Below, one piece after another: positions 39,988 to 49,698 of a stretch of 64,000 bases of DNA. Source of the stretch: a virus. Lineage: Duplodnaviria > Caudoviricetes. The translations under genes and the position numbers were made by a program. The DNA lies in the IMG/VR virus record IMGVR_UViG_3300021255_000152, positions 64,001 through 128,000 of that record. One strand, written 5' to 3'. The number at the start of each line of letters is the position of its first letter. Position 1 is the first letter of the stretch. The notes under the pieces were generated by a model. The model was not told where the DNA came from and ran no database searches. It was given only the letters and a program-made list of their open reading frames with translations.

Positions 39988-40335
39988 TTAGTCAATTTTA
40001 TAATTTTTTCCTTTATCTGTTATAGCATATACCACAGGATCTTTAGAAACCTTCTCAGCGAAGCCGTCTGATACCAATTTTCTTAAAGCACCAGATACAG
40101 CTCTGGAAGAAATTCCCAATCCATTCGCAATATCTTTTGCTTTACCAAGCTTGATGTCATTGTCCTGCATATACTTTAGGACAACTTTTCCACTATCAGT
40201 AATTTCAGGTTTTCCTGCATTATCATCTTCAAGGATTTTGATATAATCTTTTATATCATCTGAAATAATACTATCTGTAAATGCTTTATCGTGTTCCATT
40301 AGTTTGTTAATAAAATCTAAAAATTCTCTTTTCAT
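39988..40335 (-). CDS. Winged-helix DNA-binding protein
   Basis: AKDIANGLGISSRAVSGALRKLVSDG. Confidence 0.75.
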   Translation of the reverse strand: MKREFLDFINKLMEHDKAFTDSIISDDIKDYIKILEDDNAGKPEITDSGKVVLKYMQDNDIKLGKAKDIANGLGISSRAVSGALRKLVSDGFAEKVSKDPVVYAITDKGKNYKID

Positions 40336-40394
40336 TGTATTTCCCTTTCAAATCCTTATACTTTATTATAACAAAAAAATCCAATAGAAGCAAT

Positions 40395-41270
40395 TTACTT
40401 CTCTTCGTCAAAGATGAGTGGTGTGCTGTAAGGTAACTCATGCGCCCAATCAATAAATTGCGCCCATTCAGTTAGCTTATGCCCCTGTCTTTGATGGCAG
40501 ATAGTTCTTAAATTTTCATAATTCATAGTTACTGTTCTTGTCTGTAGCCAGCCTTCTGGTAGCCAACGTACAAGTTCTTTCCAGTAACGCTTATCTTTTG
40601 TTTTGTTGTACTTTTGGCGTAAAGACTCTAAGAATCCAATAATAGTTTCAAGTTGATGAAAATCTTCTTCTTTTTCGCCTATAACATCTCTAACAGAAAT
40701 ATGGTAACTATATGGAGTGTCTCCATGATCGTCAATACCTTCTTCAAAGATTAAATCTGGATTATAATCATCAATTTCAAAACAATCTATTGTAATAGGA
40801 GTTGAAGCCAATTTATGCATTGTGGAAGTAGAATTAGCACAAGTGCCTACTTTATATGTATCAAATTCTTTCCACCAATAAATCGGTGCGGTAATATCTA
40901 CACTTACAAAAATTTGACGTAAAAATTTACGATGTTCTGGTCCGCCCGCAATTAAACGTTTAGCTAAATCCATATCATTTGGACCAATCCAGGTCATTTT
41001 ATATGCACGCCCTGTTTCATCTGCTTTAATAGTACCATTTTTGAAAAGCCAATCGAGATATTCGTCCTCTTTACGGCCATATTCAACTGTTCCTCTTTTA
41101 AGTTCAGGATGCATTTTTTCTACCCACTTATCAGCGATATCAACCCCAAAAAAGTTAATATCTCCAGAAAGTGCAAAACGGCTATCTGATCTATCCCAAC
41201 TTGCTAAAGGATTACGCATACCCATTATAGCATGATTAATATTACATACTTCATAATTTTCAAATTTCAT
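40395..41270 (-). CDS. ThyX-like flavin-dependent thymidylate synthase-family protein
   Basis: HRKFLRQI.VSVDITAP.YWWKEFDTY..STSTMH, NYENL...R..HKL.EW. Confidence 0.65.
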   Translation of the reverse strand: MKFENYEVCNINHAIMGMRNPLASWDRSDSRFALSGDINFFGVDIADKWVEKMHPELKRGTVEYGRKEDEYLDWLFKNGTIKADETGRAYKMTWIGPNDMDLAKRLIAGGPEHRKFLRQIFVSVDITAPIYWWKEFDTYKVGTCANSTSTMHKLASTPITIDCFEIDDYNPDLIFEEGIDDHGDTPYSYHISVRDVIGEKEEDFHQLETIIGFLESLRQKYNKTKDKRYWKELVRWLPEGWLQTRTVTMNYENLRTICHQRQGHKLTEWAQFIDWAHELPYSTPLIFDEEK

Positions 41271-41536
41271 TAAATATTTCCTCCGAATCCCTTAACATCG
41301 CATCCAATTGCCGCAAGGAATTCATCAATATCATCTAAATAACAGTTTGGTAAATATTTGCTTGATTCTTGCAAAAATTCAATATAAGATATAATTGTAA
41401 TATCATATCCATATGATTTTGCTTTAACTAGCATTGCTTCTGGATTTCTACATACAAATGTAGCACCCTCAGCCGCACATAAACCCATAATTTCTTTTGT
41501 TTTGCCACTACCTGGCTCACGAATTATTTTAACCAT
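41270..41536 (-). CDS. Small P-loop-like hypothetical protein
   Basis: EPGSGKT, YLDDID. Confidence 0.55.
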   Translation of the reverse strand: MVKIIREPGSGKTKEIMGLCAAEGATFVCRNPEAMLVKAKSYGYDITIISYIEFLQESSKYLPNCYLDDIDEFLAAIGCDVKGFGGNI

Positions 41537-41539
41537 TAT

Positions 41540-42526
41540 TTATTCCTCTGTGTTGTTTCCACGAGTTGTATTAAAGCCATAATCTGCACTTTGGAAATAA
41601 TCAATCCAAAAGCGTTCGCGTTCATTTAATCTTGAACGATCACATTCCTCAATGACTTCATACATAAAATGCTCTGGACCAACATCTTTCATTTCTGTAT
41701 AAAATCTATTGTTTGATGCATTGATACCAAGACCTGCCTTAATATGATCTCTAAATCTAGTTCGAATATCTACACTTTGTCCGATATAACATTTATTGGT
41801 ATCAAGATTTGTTATTTTATATATACCAACCATAGGAGTTCCAGAAGGAGTAACTCTGTTTAATAGATCGGTAACTGGACGCTTGTAATAAACTTCCCAG
41901 ATTACCTTGTTAATGGCAGAAGTATCTCCTCGCAATTCTTTAACTGCCTTTTTGAGGACATCTATATCCCATAACTGGTTTTCTGTAATATGAATTTGAT
42001 AAAATCTCTTTTTATCTTCTGATGCAAGTCTGCGAAGTTCTTCTTCATTTGCGGCACGAACTTTCTTTTTCATTTCGTCCAGAAGATCAGATACTTCAAC
42101 TACTTCATCAACTCTTGCTTTATATTCCTCTTGGACTTCTTTTAAAAGTTCAAGATATTGTTCTTTTGCTTCATTTTCTGCTTGACGATATTTCTTAGAT
42201 GCTTCTTCAGCAGATTGCGACATACGCTCCTGCATTGCGTCAAAAGCTAAATCATATGTTTCTTGCGCCTTAGCTTTTGATTCTTCTGAAATACGAGTTA
42301 TATCATCATTTAAATCTCTTTTTTTATTTACTAATGCTTGAATTGCAGTTTCTTCTGAAGCAATTTTTGATATTAATTCATTATGTTTTGCAGTTAATTC
42401 TTTATTTTTCTCTTCGGTTTCTTTATCGAGTTCTACTTTTCTTTTATAGAATGTATTTAATAATAAATAACCATAGGCTAATAAAGCAACCACAAATATT
42501 ATGATTAAAATATGTATTCAATTCAT
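41540..42526 (-). CDS. Membrane-anchored coiled-coil GIY-YIG nuclease (328 aa; TGA=Trp at codon 3)
   Basis: AAGAGGG RBS then ATG AAT TGA ATA.. in frame with ORF 41540..42493. TM segment, coiled coil, GIYKITN..CYIGQS..R...H..E..WI..GFN. Confidence 0.8.
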
Positions 42527-42584
42527 TCTAATACCCTCTTAGAAAAATAGGGGTAGAATTTATCTACCCCATATTTAACTGTTA

Positions 42585-42857
42585 TTACTTCGCATCTGTT
42601 TCTGCATCTGGGTTAAATGCCATGCCCTCTGCTGTAAGACTGAGAAGCTTAATTGCTTTATGAGAGCCATCATCAAGCTCAATTTCAGCAGGAGTGCGAA
42701 CACCAAGTCCCTTGCGGCAGAGTGCTGTGAAGCATCCATCTACAGAACGCTTGTTTGGAATGCCGAGAGCCTTTGCAACATCTTCTGCTGTGAGGTTCTC
42801 ACCATTGTGCTGCTTAAGATAATTCAATACATTTCTAGAATTTTCATTCATTGCCAT
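42585..42857 (-). CDS. Small winged-helix DNA-binding protein
   Basis: LTAEDVAKALG..RSVDG..TAL.RKGL. Confidence 0.7.
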   Translation of the reverse strand: MAMNENSRNVLNYLKQHNGENLTAEDVAKALGIPNKRSVDGCFTALCRKGLGVRTPAEIELDDGSHKAIKLLSLTAEGMAFNPDAETDAK

Positions 42858-42936
42858 AATAATAATTTCTCCTTTAATCTAAATATATTTTATTATTGAT
42901 GTAAAAATTATATCACATTTTTTTAGTTAAGTCAAT

Positions 42937-43125
42937 TTATTTTTTATTTAATTTTCTCAGCACCAATTCATCAATCTCAAAAAGTTCTTCCAAGCTCAAA
43001 TTATTTTTTAGGCAGATATCCTGTATCTCCTGCTCTGCGGTCTCACGCAATGTTGGGTTTGAGCGCATACTTTCGAGCTGACTTATTCGTTCTGCGATTT
43101 TCTTTATACGTGCCTTACTTGCCAT
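42937..43125 (-). CDS. Hypothetical protein
   Basis: 62-aa ORF. Confidence 0.55.
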   Translation of the reverse strand: MASKARIKKIAERISQLESMRSNPTLRETAEQEIQDICLKNNLSLEELFEIDELVLRKLNKK

Positions 43126-43171
43126 AACTGTTCCTTAATTTTTACATTTATATTATACATAATTTTTTTTA

Positions 43172-45151
43172 TTAACGCAAGAAGTTAGAAATAAATTCCT
43201 CTTCTGTGATAATAGGTACTCCGAGCTGTTTAGCCTTTTGGTTTTTACTTGAGACTGAATCAATATCATTATTAATAAGATAAGTTGTTTTGGATGTAAT
43301 AGAATTTCCTACTTTACCTCCTTTGGCTTCAATATCCTTCTGGAGAGCAGCTCTATTTTTATAAGTTTTCAAAGAACCAGTAATAACGAAGGTCTGACCT
43401 GCTAAAGAAGAATCTTGCTGTTCTTCTTGAGGATTGTTTTCGTCAAAAGTTAAAATTCTTACTATTTCATCAGCTTCAGCATAATCAAAATGTTTAATAC
43501 TATGGTCTATTTCAATTCCAAAATTATCTAATTTAAAGAAATGATAAGAATCATCTTTAACCGCATCTCTAAATTCAGCATAAGTCTTAAAATGTTTTGC
43601 CAATTCTTTTGCAGTATTTCTGCCAACAAGTGGAATACCAATAGCTGATATATAAGAATCTAATGTTGTGTTTCTTGAGGCAGTAATTGCGGCTAAAATT
43701 TTATCTACTGATTTAGCACCGAATCCTGGCTTCTTAATCCATTCATCCCTATGATCCTCAAGCAAATAAATATCTTTCAGATTCTCAATCCAACCCCAGT
43801 CAATAAGTTTCTCTAAAGTTGCTTCAGATAATCCTTTAATATCTAGGCCTTTCTTTCCGCAGTAGTGATCTAATCTATTTACTAATTTACCTGGACAACC
43901 TGGATTCGCACAAACAAAATTCATAACTCCATCTGGAGAAGTCTCAAGTGCTACGTCTCCACCGCATATTGGACATTGTTCTATTACATCATTTGCAGAA
44001 ACACTCCCAGCCGCAACCATCTCTTCATAACCATAATGAGGACCAGCTTCTAAAATTTGAGGTATAATCATATTGGCTTTAAAAATTTTTACTTTTTCAC
44101 CAACATAAGCACAAGGCCCTAAAGTTTTACGTAAAACGCTATAGTTATGAAGACTTGCTCGTTCAACAGTAGAACCATCTAATTCAATCGGTTCAAATAC
44201 TGCTACTGGTGTAAGTACACCAGTACGGCCCATAGTCCAGTCGATATATTTTAAATGAGATTCAACTGTTTCAATTTCTGGTTTCCACGCAATTCCATCT
44301 CTAAAATGGTGGCCAGTTGCACCAAGAGATTCCGCATATGCGTAGTCATTAAATTTCCATACTACACCATCATTTGGAATATCTTTATCCAGGTTTCTAA
44401 CCTGTCTATTTACTTCATCAATATCATTAACGTTTAAATCTGGTAAAAGATAAGGTACAACATTAAATCCCAAACCAAGAGCAGTTCTAAGTGCTTCTGT
44501 TTTGGTTTGGCCTGGTTCAGGAGTAATAACTTCCCATGCGATAAATGTAATCAGACGCTCTTTTACAATATTTAAATCAAGTAAATTTAATGAACCAGCA
44601 ACCGTATTACGAGGATTCTTAAATTCATTATTTTGATTGATTTTATCAAAAGCATAGTATTTAATAACAGCTTCACCGTCTATAATATATTCACCTGGCA
44701 TTCCAATAAATGTTGGCGTGCAAGTAAAATATTTAACATGTTCTGTAATATCAGAACCAATCTGGCCGTCACCTCTTGTATTAGCGGAATATAAATGACC
44801 ATTTTTATACTTAAGTCTAACTGAAACACCATCGCATTTTAATGATGCGAAAACAGGTTTGTCCTTGCAGAAATCTTTAATCTCTTTTGCTGTATGGCAT
44901 TTATCCAGACTTAACATTGGACGCGGAGTAATAGCAATTTTCTCTAGCTTATCTAATACTGGTGCGCCAACTATTTGAGAACCTCTTTGATCTTCTGGAA
45001 TTTTATACTTCTCTTCAAGGGCTTTTAGTTTCTCCAATTTTAAATCATATTCTTGATCAGACATAATTGGAGTATCAGAATTATAATATGCATTATTTGC
45101 TTCTTTTATTTCATGTTCTAAATTTTTTACTTTTGTTGATTTAATAAACAT
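43172..45151 (-). CDS. ligA: NAD-dependent DNA ligase
   Basis: MLSLDK, KCDG, TRGDG, Zn finger, HhH, BRCT. Confidence 0.95.
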   Translation of the reverse strand: MFIKSTKVKNLEHEIKEANNAYYNSDTPIMSDQEYDLKLEKLKALEEKYKIPEDQRGSQIVGAPVLDKLEKIAITPRPMLSLDKCHTAKEIKDFCKDKPVFASLKCDGVSVRLKYKNGHLYSANTRGDGQIGSDITEHVKYFTCTPTFIGMPGEYIIDGEAVIKYYAFDKINQNNEFKNPRNTVAGSLNLLDLNIVKERLITFIAWEVITPEPGQTKTEALRTALGLGFNVVPYLLPDLNVNDIDEVNRQVRNLDKDIPNDGVVWKFNDYAYAESLGATGHHFRDGIAWKPEIETVESHLKYIDWTMGRTGVLTPVAVFEPIELDGSTVERASLHNYSVLRKTLGPCAYVGEKVKIFKANMIIPQILEAGPHYGYEEMVAAGSVSANDVIEQCPICGGDVALETSPDGVMNFVCANPGCPGKLVNRLDHYCGKKGLDIKGLSEATLEKLIDWGWIENLKDIYLLEDHRDEWIKKPGFGAKSVDKILAAITASRNTTLDSYISAIGIPLVGRNTAKELAKHFKTYAEFRDAVKDDSYHFFKLDNFGIEIDHSIKHFDYAEADEIVRILTFDENNPQEEQQDSSLAGQTFVITGSLKTYKNRAALQKDIEAKGGKVGNSITSKTTYLINNDIDSVSSKNQKAKQLGVPIITEEEFISNFLR

Positions 45152-45153
45152 AG

Positions 45154-45495
45154 TTAAAAATCCTCTTTAAAAAATCGTTGAAGAGCTTTATAATCATCGT
45201 CTTCTTCAAAGACTTTTTCACAAATAATTGAACCAATGTATATTTTATCTCTAATATCAAATTCATCTAATAAATCAATTTCTTTTATATGTTTTTTACC
45301 TTTTGGCTCATATATAGAATCTGCTGGAATAGTATAATAGCCTAATAAAATAACATTAGTATAAGATTCTGCCCCATACCAGCCGCAAAAATTGCCTTCT
45401 CCTTCCCAGTGATGGCCATTGTTAAATTTAAATAAACCAATAGCGGTTGTATGATAATCACTTTCTTCATTTAATCTATTAACATAATATTTCAT
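45154..45495 (-). CDS. Hypothetical protein
   Basis: 113-aa ORF. Confidence 0.55.
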   Translation of the reverse strand: MKYYVNRLNEESDYHTTAIGLFKFNNGHHWEGEGNFCGWYGAESYTNVILLGYYTIPADSIYEPKGKKHIKEIDLLDEFDIRDKIYIGSIICEKVFEEDDDYKALQRFFKEDF

Positions 45496-45542
45496 ATTTA
45501 TATTTTACCATAATTTTTTATTAAAAACAAAAAGGTGTATTT

Positions 45543-47870
45543 CTACACCTTTGAAACTGATTGTATTCTATCTTTAATGGCTATTACGCCAGACGCATTT
45601 CGTCCAAGAGTAGAAATATCCTTGGCTGAAATACAAATTGATTTAGAAAGTCCTATAATAAGAACTGTATCTTCATCATTAAGAAGTGCGGCATCAGCTA
45701 CTTCGCTATCACCCTTATAGCAGATAACACCCTTTCCACCACGCTTCTGTGTAATGAATTCACTAGCAGCAACTCTCTTACTATTTCCATTAACTGCAAA
45801 TATTCCAAGAGAGTCATTCTCGTCTCTTACTACAAGTGCAGCAACTACTTCATCTCCATCATTAAGAGTAATACCCTTAACTCCTTGTGTTGAACGAGAA
45901 GTAGGAGCAATATCTAATGAACTGAATTTAATACACATACCCTTTTTAGTGATAAGCATAATTGGTTCATCTTTAATTAAACCGATACTTGCTAAACTGT
46001 CACCTTCACGCAATGAGATAGAAGATATACCAGTCTTCTTTTTTGTCTTAATATATTCATCTATTGGAGTCTTCTTAACAACGCCATTCTTTGTTACAAA
46101 CAATACGAATTTTGCATCAGTATCTTTGTAGATAGAATATATTACTGCTGGTTTTTCATTTGGTGCAAGAGAGAGAAGTGTTGTAATAGGAACACCCTTT
46201 GTTATGTTATTTGTTTCAGGAATCTTATCAACCAAGAGTCGATACATATTACCCTTATCTGTAAAGACCATTAATGAATCTACTGTGTTGGTTCTGATAA
46301 CAGAATTTACAATATCATCATTAGTTTTGACTCCCTTGCCGCCTCGCTTTTGAGTTTTAAATGCGGTTACAGGAACTCGCTTAATTAAACCAGATTCAGT
46401 CATAATTACCGCTACTTTCTCTGGCTCAACTGCAGCGATTTCTTTATCTTCCTTTGCTATGGTAATCTGTGCCAATTCAGTCTTACGGTCATCGCCAAAT
46501 TCATTTACAATCTGACCTAATCGGCTAAGAATTATATCTTTTTGCTTTTGATCAGAACTTAAAATAAGATTATTGGAATTAATTCTATCTAAAAGTTCGT
46601 CTCTTTCTTGATTTAATTCAATTCCTTCCAATTTAGCCAAGGAGCTTAATCTCATTGCAAGAATAGCTTTTGCTTGATTCTCTGTAAATTTATATTTAGC
46701 AATTAAAGCATCTTTTGCCGCAGCTGAATTATCAGATTTCTTAATTAAGGCAATGATATTATCAATATCTTCGATTGCTTTTAACAAGCCTTCAATAATT
46801 TCAACGCGAGCCTTGTCTTTTCTAATATCAAATTCAAGTTCTCTTCTTAAGCAAGAAAGATTATGATCTACATAAATCTTGCAGCAATCTTTAAGGTTTA
46901 ACTCTGTTGGAGTCTTACCCACAAGAGCAACCTGATTATAAGAGAATGTTGTTTGTAAATCTGTCTTTGCGAAAAGTTGATTTACAATATAATTTACATT
47001 TGCCCCACGTTCGAGTTCAATAACAATTCTAATACCTTTCTTGTTAGTTTCGTCTCGAACATCATCAATACCGTTAATTTCTTCTGCGGCATCGCCAATC
47101 TGCGCAAGTAAAGATTCTACGGTAATTCCATAAGGAATCTCATAAAACACGATATTATTTTTCTCTGTTTTATATTTTCCTCTAATCTTTACGCTACCAT
47201 GACCTGTTCGCATAATATCAGGAATATCATCCTTGTTGATGACAATTCCTCCCGTTGGAAAGTCAGGACCTGGAAGAGTTGGTTCTTCACCATTCATATA
47301 CTGAGCAATTGCCCCAGCCACTTCTTTAAGATTGTGCGGCGCCCAGTTACACGCCATAGCTACGCCAATACCGCTATTTGGATTACAGAGAAGGTTAGGA
47401 AAAATTGAATGTAAAACAACAGGTTCTTCCATTGTTTCATCATAGTTTGGAATGAAATCTACAATATCTTTATCCAATCCTTTTAATAAACCCTTTTCCG
47501 CAATTTTGGCTAAACGAGCCTCCGTATAACGTGCAGCCGCAGGTCCATCACCCACAATGTTACCATTATTGCCATGCCAGTCAATAAGCGGATAACGCAT
47601 AATCCAATCTTGAGAAAGTCGAGCCATCGCGCCATAGATAGAACTATCACCATGAGGGTGAAGCTTACCCATTACATCGCCTACAATTCGGGCGGATTTA
47701 ACATGTGGTTTAGAGGATGAGCGACCTTCAATATCACATGAATATAAAATACGCTTTGCTACTGGTTTGAGGCCATCTAATGCAGATGGAATTGCTCTAT
47801 CAGTATTTACCGCATATGCATATTCAATAAAATTTCGATGTAATTCATCATAAATATCATTATTCTGCAT
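45543..47870 (-). CDS. gyrA: DNA gyrase subunit A
   Basis: DGLKPV, HPHGDS, AARYTE, GyrA-box QKRGGKG, beta-pinwheel. Confidence 0.93.
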   Translation of the reverse strand: MQNNDIYDELHRNFIEYAYAVNTDRAIPSALDGLKPVAKRILYSCDIEGRSSSKPHVKSARIVGDVMGKLHPHGDSSIYGAMARLSQDWIMRYPLIDWHGNNGNIVGDGPAAARYTEARLAKIAEKGLLKGLDKDIVDFIPNYDETMEEPVVLHSIFPNLLCNPNSGIGVAMACNWAPHNLKEVAGAIAQYMNGEEPTLPGPDFPTGGIVINKDDIPDIMRTGHGSVKIRGKYKTEKNNIVFYEIPYGITVESLLAQIGDAAEEINGIDDVRDETNKKGIRIVIELERGANVNYIVNQLFAKTDLQTTFSYNQVALVGKTPTELNLKDCCKIYVDHNLSCLRRELEFDIRKDKARVEIIEGLLKAIEDIDNIIALIKKSDNSAAAKDALIAKYKFTENQAKAILAMRLSSLAKLEGIELNQERDELLDRINSNNLILSSDQKQKDIILSRLGQIVNEFGDDRKTELAQITIAKEDKEIAAVEPEKVAVIMTESGLIKRVPVTAFKTQKRGGKGVKTNDDIVNSVIRTNTVDSLMVFTDKGNMYRLLVDKIPETNNITKGVPITTLLSLAPNEKPAVIYSIYKDTDAKFVLFVTKNGVVKKTPIDEYIKTKKKTGISSISLREGDSLASIGLIKDEPIMLITKKGMCIKFSSLDIAPTSRSTQGVKGITLNDGDEVVAALVVRDENDSLGIFAVNGNSKRVAASEFITQKRGGKGVICYKGDSEVADAALLNDEDTVLIIGLSKSICISAKDISTLGRNASGVIAIKDRIQSVSKV

Positions 47871-47871
47871 T

Positions 47872-48999
47872 TTATTCTCCAGCCTCCTTATCATCAATCA
47901 AGATATATGCATTAGATAAAGACCTTTGTCCAAAGATAAGTCTTCCTCCAACTAAGAATCCTTGAGCATCCCAATCTGTATCATTTAAAATATCTATTAA
48001 TTTTGAAATACTATATTTGTTATTGTCTTTTGGTACTAAAGCTAGAATAGAACCATCAAACCATCCGCTGTCATTTGTAAAGAATGGTTTCATATCTCTT
48101 GTTCTACTATTTACATAAATCTTTTCTTTATTAATGTGACGAATTGCTCGTCCCCATTCCCACCAGTTAGATTCTGTAAAGTGTTTAATTTTTCTATTTA
48201 AGAGAGCTTGTTTATGCTGTAACATATACTCATTTGGTTCTGTATAATAATGAGCCTTTTTGGTTAAACCAGTTCTTTTAGTATCAGAAACCACTAGATC
48301 AATATTTCCAGTTTCTTCAATAAAAACATTGTTTAATCCACTTGCTCCACCCACTAAAACATCAAATATATCACTTATAATTACCTTCTGTTTATTTTTA
48401 CTATTATCAGAGTTAATTACTAAATAGCCATTATTACATTCAACAGGAATGGTATGAGAACCTCCTTTAACCCATCTAAAAATTACTACATTTGGGGCTG
48501 CATCTGGAAATACTTGAATATCACCAAATTCCTTCCAAAAGGTAAAGCCTCCTTGTTCAAACAGCCTTTTGTTAAGACTTAGCGCATATGTGGCTTTAAT
48601 AAAATCTCTAGGGGTTATGAATATTAATTCTCCTCCTGGTTTTAATAGATCAATGCATCTGTCTATAAAAAATATATATAGATTAGTTCTTGAATCAAAT
48701 TTTTGAGGAAGTTTTCTTTTTGTATCAGAGTCAATGTTTTGATACTTTATATATGGAGGATTCCCAATAATGGTATCAAAACTAACATCTTTTAAATCAA
48801 AGAAATTCATTACTTTTGCTCGTTTGTGAGCAACGGTTGGATCAATTTCTACTCCCATGGCAGATGGAAGTAAATCTAAGAAAACTCCTGCACCACAAGA
48901 AGGTTCTAAAATAGAACCTTCATTTTCTATAAGACTAACCATTTCTTCTGCTATTTGAGTGGGAGTAAAAAATTGACCATATAATTCTTTATTGTCCAT
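47872..48999 (-). CDS. Type II N6-adenine DNA methyltransferase
   Basis: GQFFTP, LEPSCGAG, GNPPY. Confidence 0.9.
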   Translation of the reverse strand: MDNKELYGQFFTPTQIAEEMVSLIENEGSILEPSCGAGVFLDLLPSAMGVEIDPTVAHKRAKVMNFFDLKDVSFDTIIGNPPYIKYQNIDSDTKRKLPQKFDSRTNLYIFFIDRCIDLLKPGGELIFITPRDFIKATYALSLNKRLFEQGGFTFWKEFGDIQVFPDAAPNVVIFRWVKGGSHTIPVECNNGYLVINSDNSKNKQKVIISDIFDVLVGGASGLNNVFIEETGNIDLVVSDTKRTGLTKKAHYYTEPNEYMLQHKQALLNRKIKHFTESNWWEWGRAIRHINKEKIYVNSRTRDMKPFFTNDSGWFDGSILALVPKDNNKYSISKLIDILNDTDWDAQGFLVGGRLIFGQRSLSNAYILIDDKEAGE

Positions 49000-49645
49000 A
49001 AGCTCTTTCTTGCTCCCATTCTAGTAAAATATCTAAACCAGAAACCTTTCTTTTAAAAGATTCTGTAAATGTTTGTAAAATGTATGCGCACTGTTCTTCA
49101 CGAGAACGTGTAGTAAAGGATATATTTTTTCCCCAATTACACTGGAAAGGAAGATTATTTCCATTTGGAACCAAAGTATCAATTCTTTTTAATGAGGTAA
49201 AAAGAATTTTATTTGTGTTCTTGAAAACAATTAAGAAGTAATAATCCTTATCATTGTCGCAATAAAATTTCTTTAATGCTTTATTGAAATCTTCCCAATG
49301 ATTTAGATTACCTTCATCTTTAATTTCATCATATTGTAATCCAGTTAGCGCATAAAACATTCCAAACTTAGATGAAATATTATCAGCTGTTCTTCCTTCT
49401 GTTATTTTTAAATTAACTGGATAAAAATTTCCATGATATTTAATACAGAAATCATACCAATATCTTGGTCTAGGAGCTTTTTCAATATAAATATCAGTAT
49501 TGGATAAGCTATCTGCTAAATAATCTATAACAGTATTCTCAGAAATAGCTGAAGATAATCTTCCATCTTCCATACTATTATCAAGCAGTAAATCAGTAAT
49601 TGCTTCTGATTCAAGTGTAGTTTTTAAGTATTCAAAATTTTCCAT
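48989..49645 (-). CDS. Putative type II restriction endonuclease
   Basis: E..WYDF...PVNLK PD-(D/E)xK-like core. Overlaps the MTase start. Confidence 0.65.
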   Translation of the reverse strand: MENFEYLKTTLESEAITDLLLDNSMEDGRLSSAISENTVIDYLADSLSNTDIYIEKAPRPRYWYDFCIKYHGNFYPVNLKITEGRTADNISSKFGMFYALTGLQYDEIKDEGNLNHWEDFNKALKKFYCDNDKDYYFLIVFKNTNKILFTSLKRIDTLVPNGNNLPFQCNWGKNISFTTRSREEQCAYILQTFTESFKRKVSGLDILLEWEQERAYGQ

Positions 49646-49698
49646 ACTTATCCTCTTCTTATTTATTATATCATATTTTATATTAATTATCAAAAATT

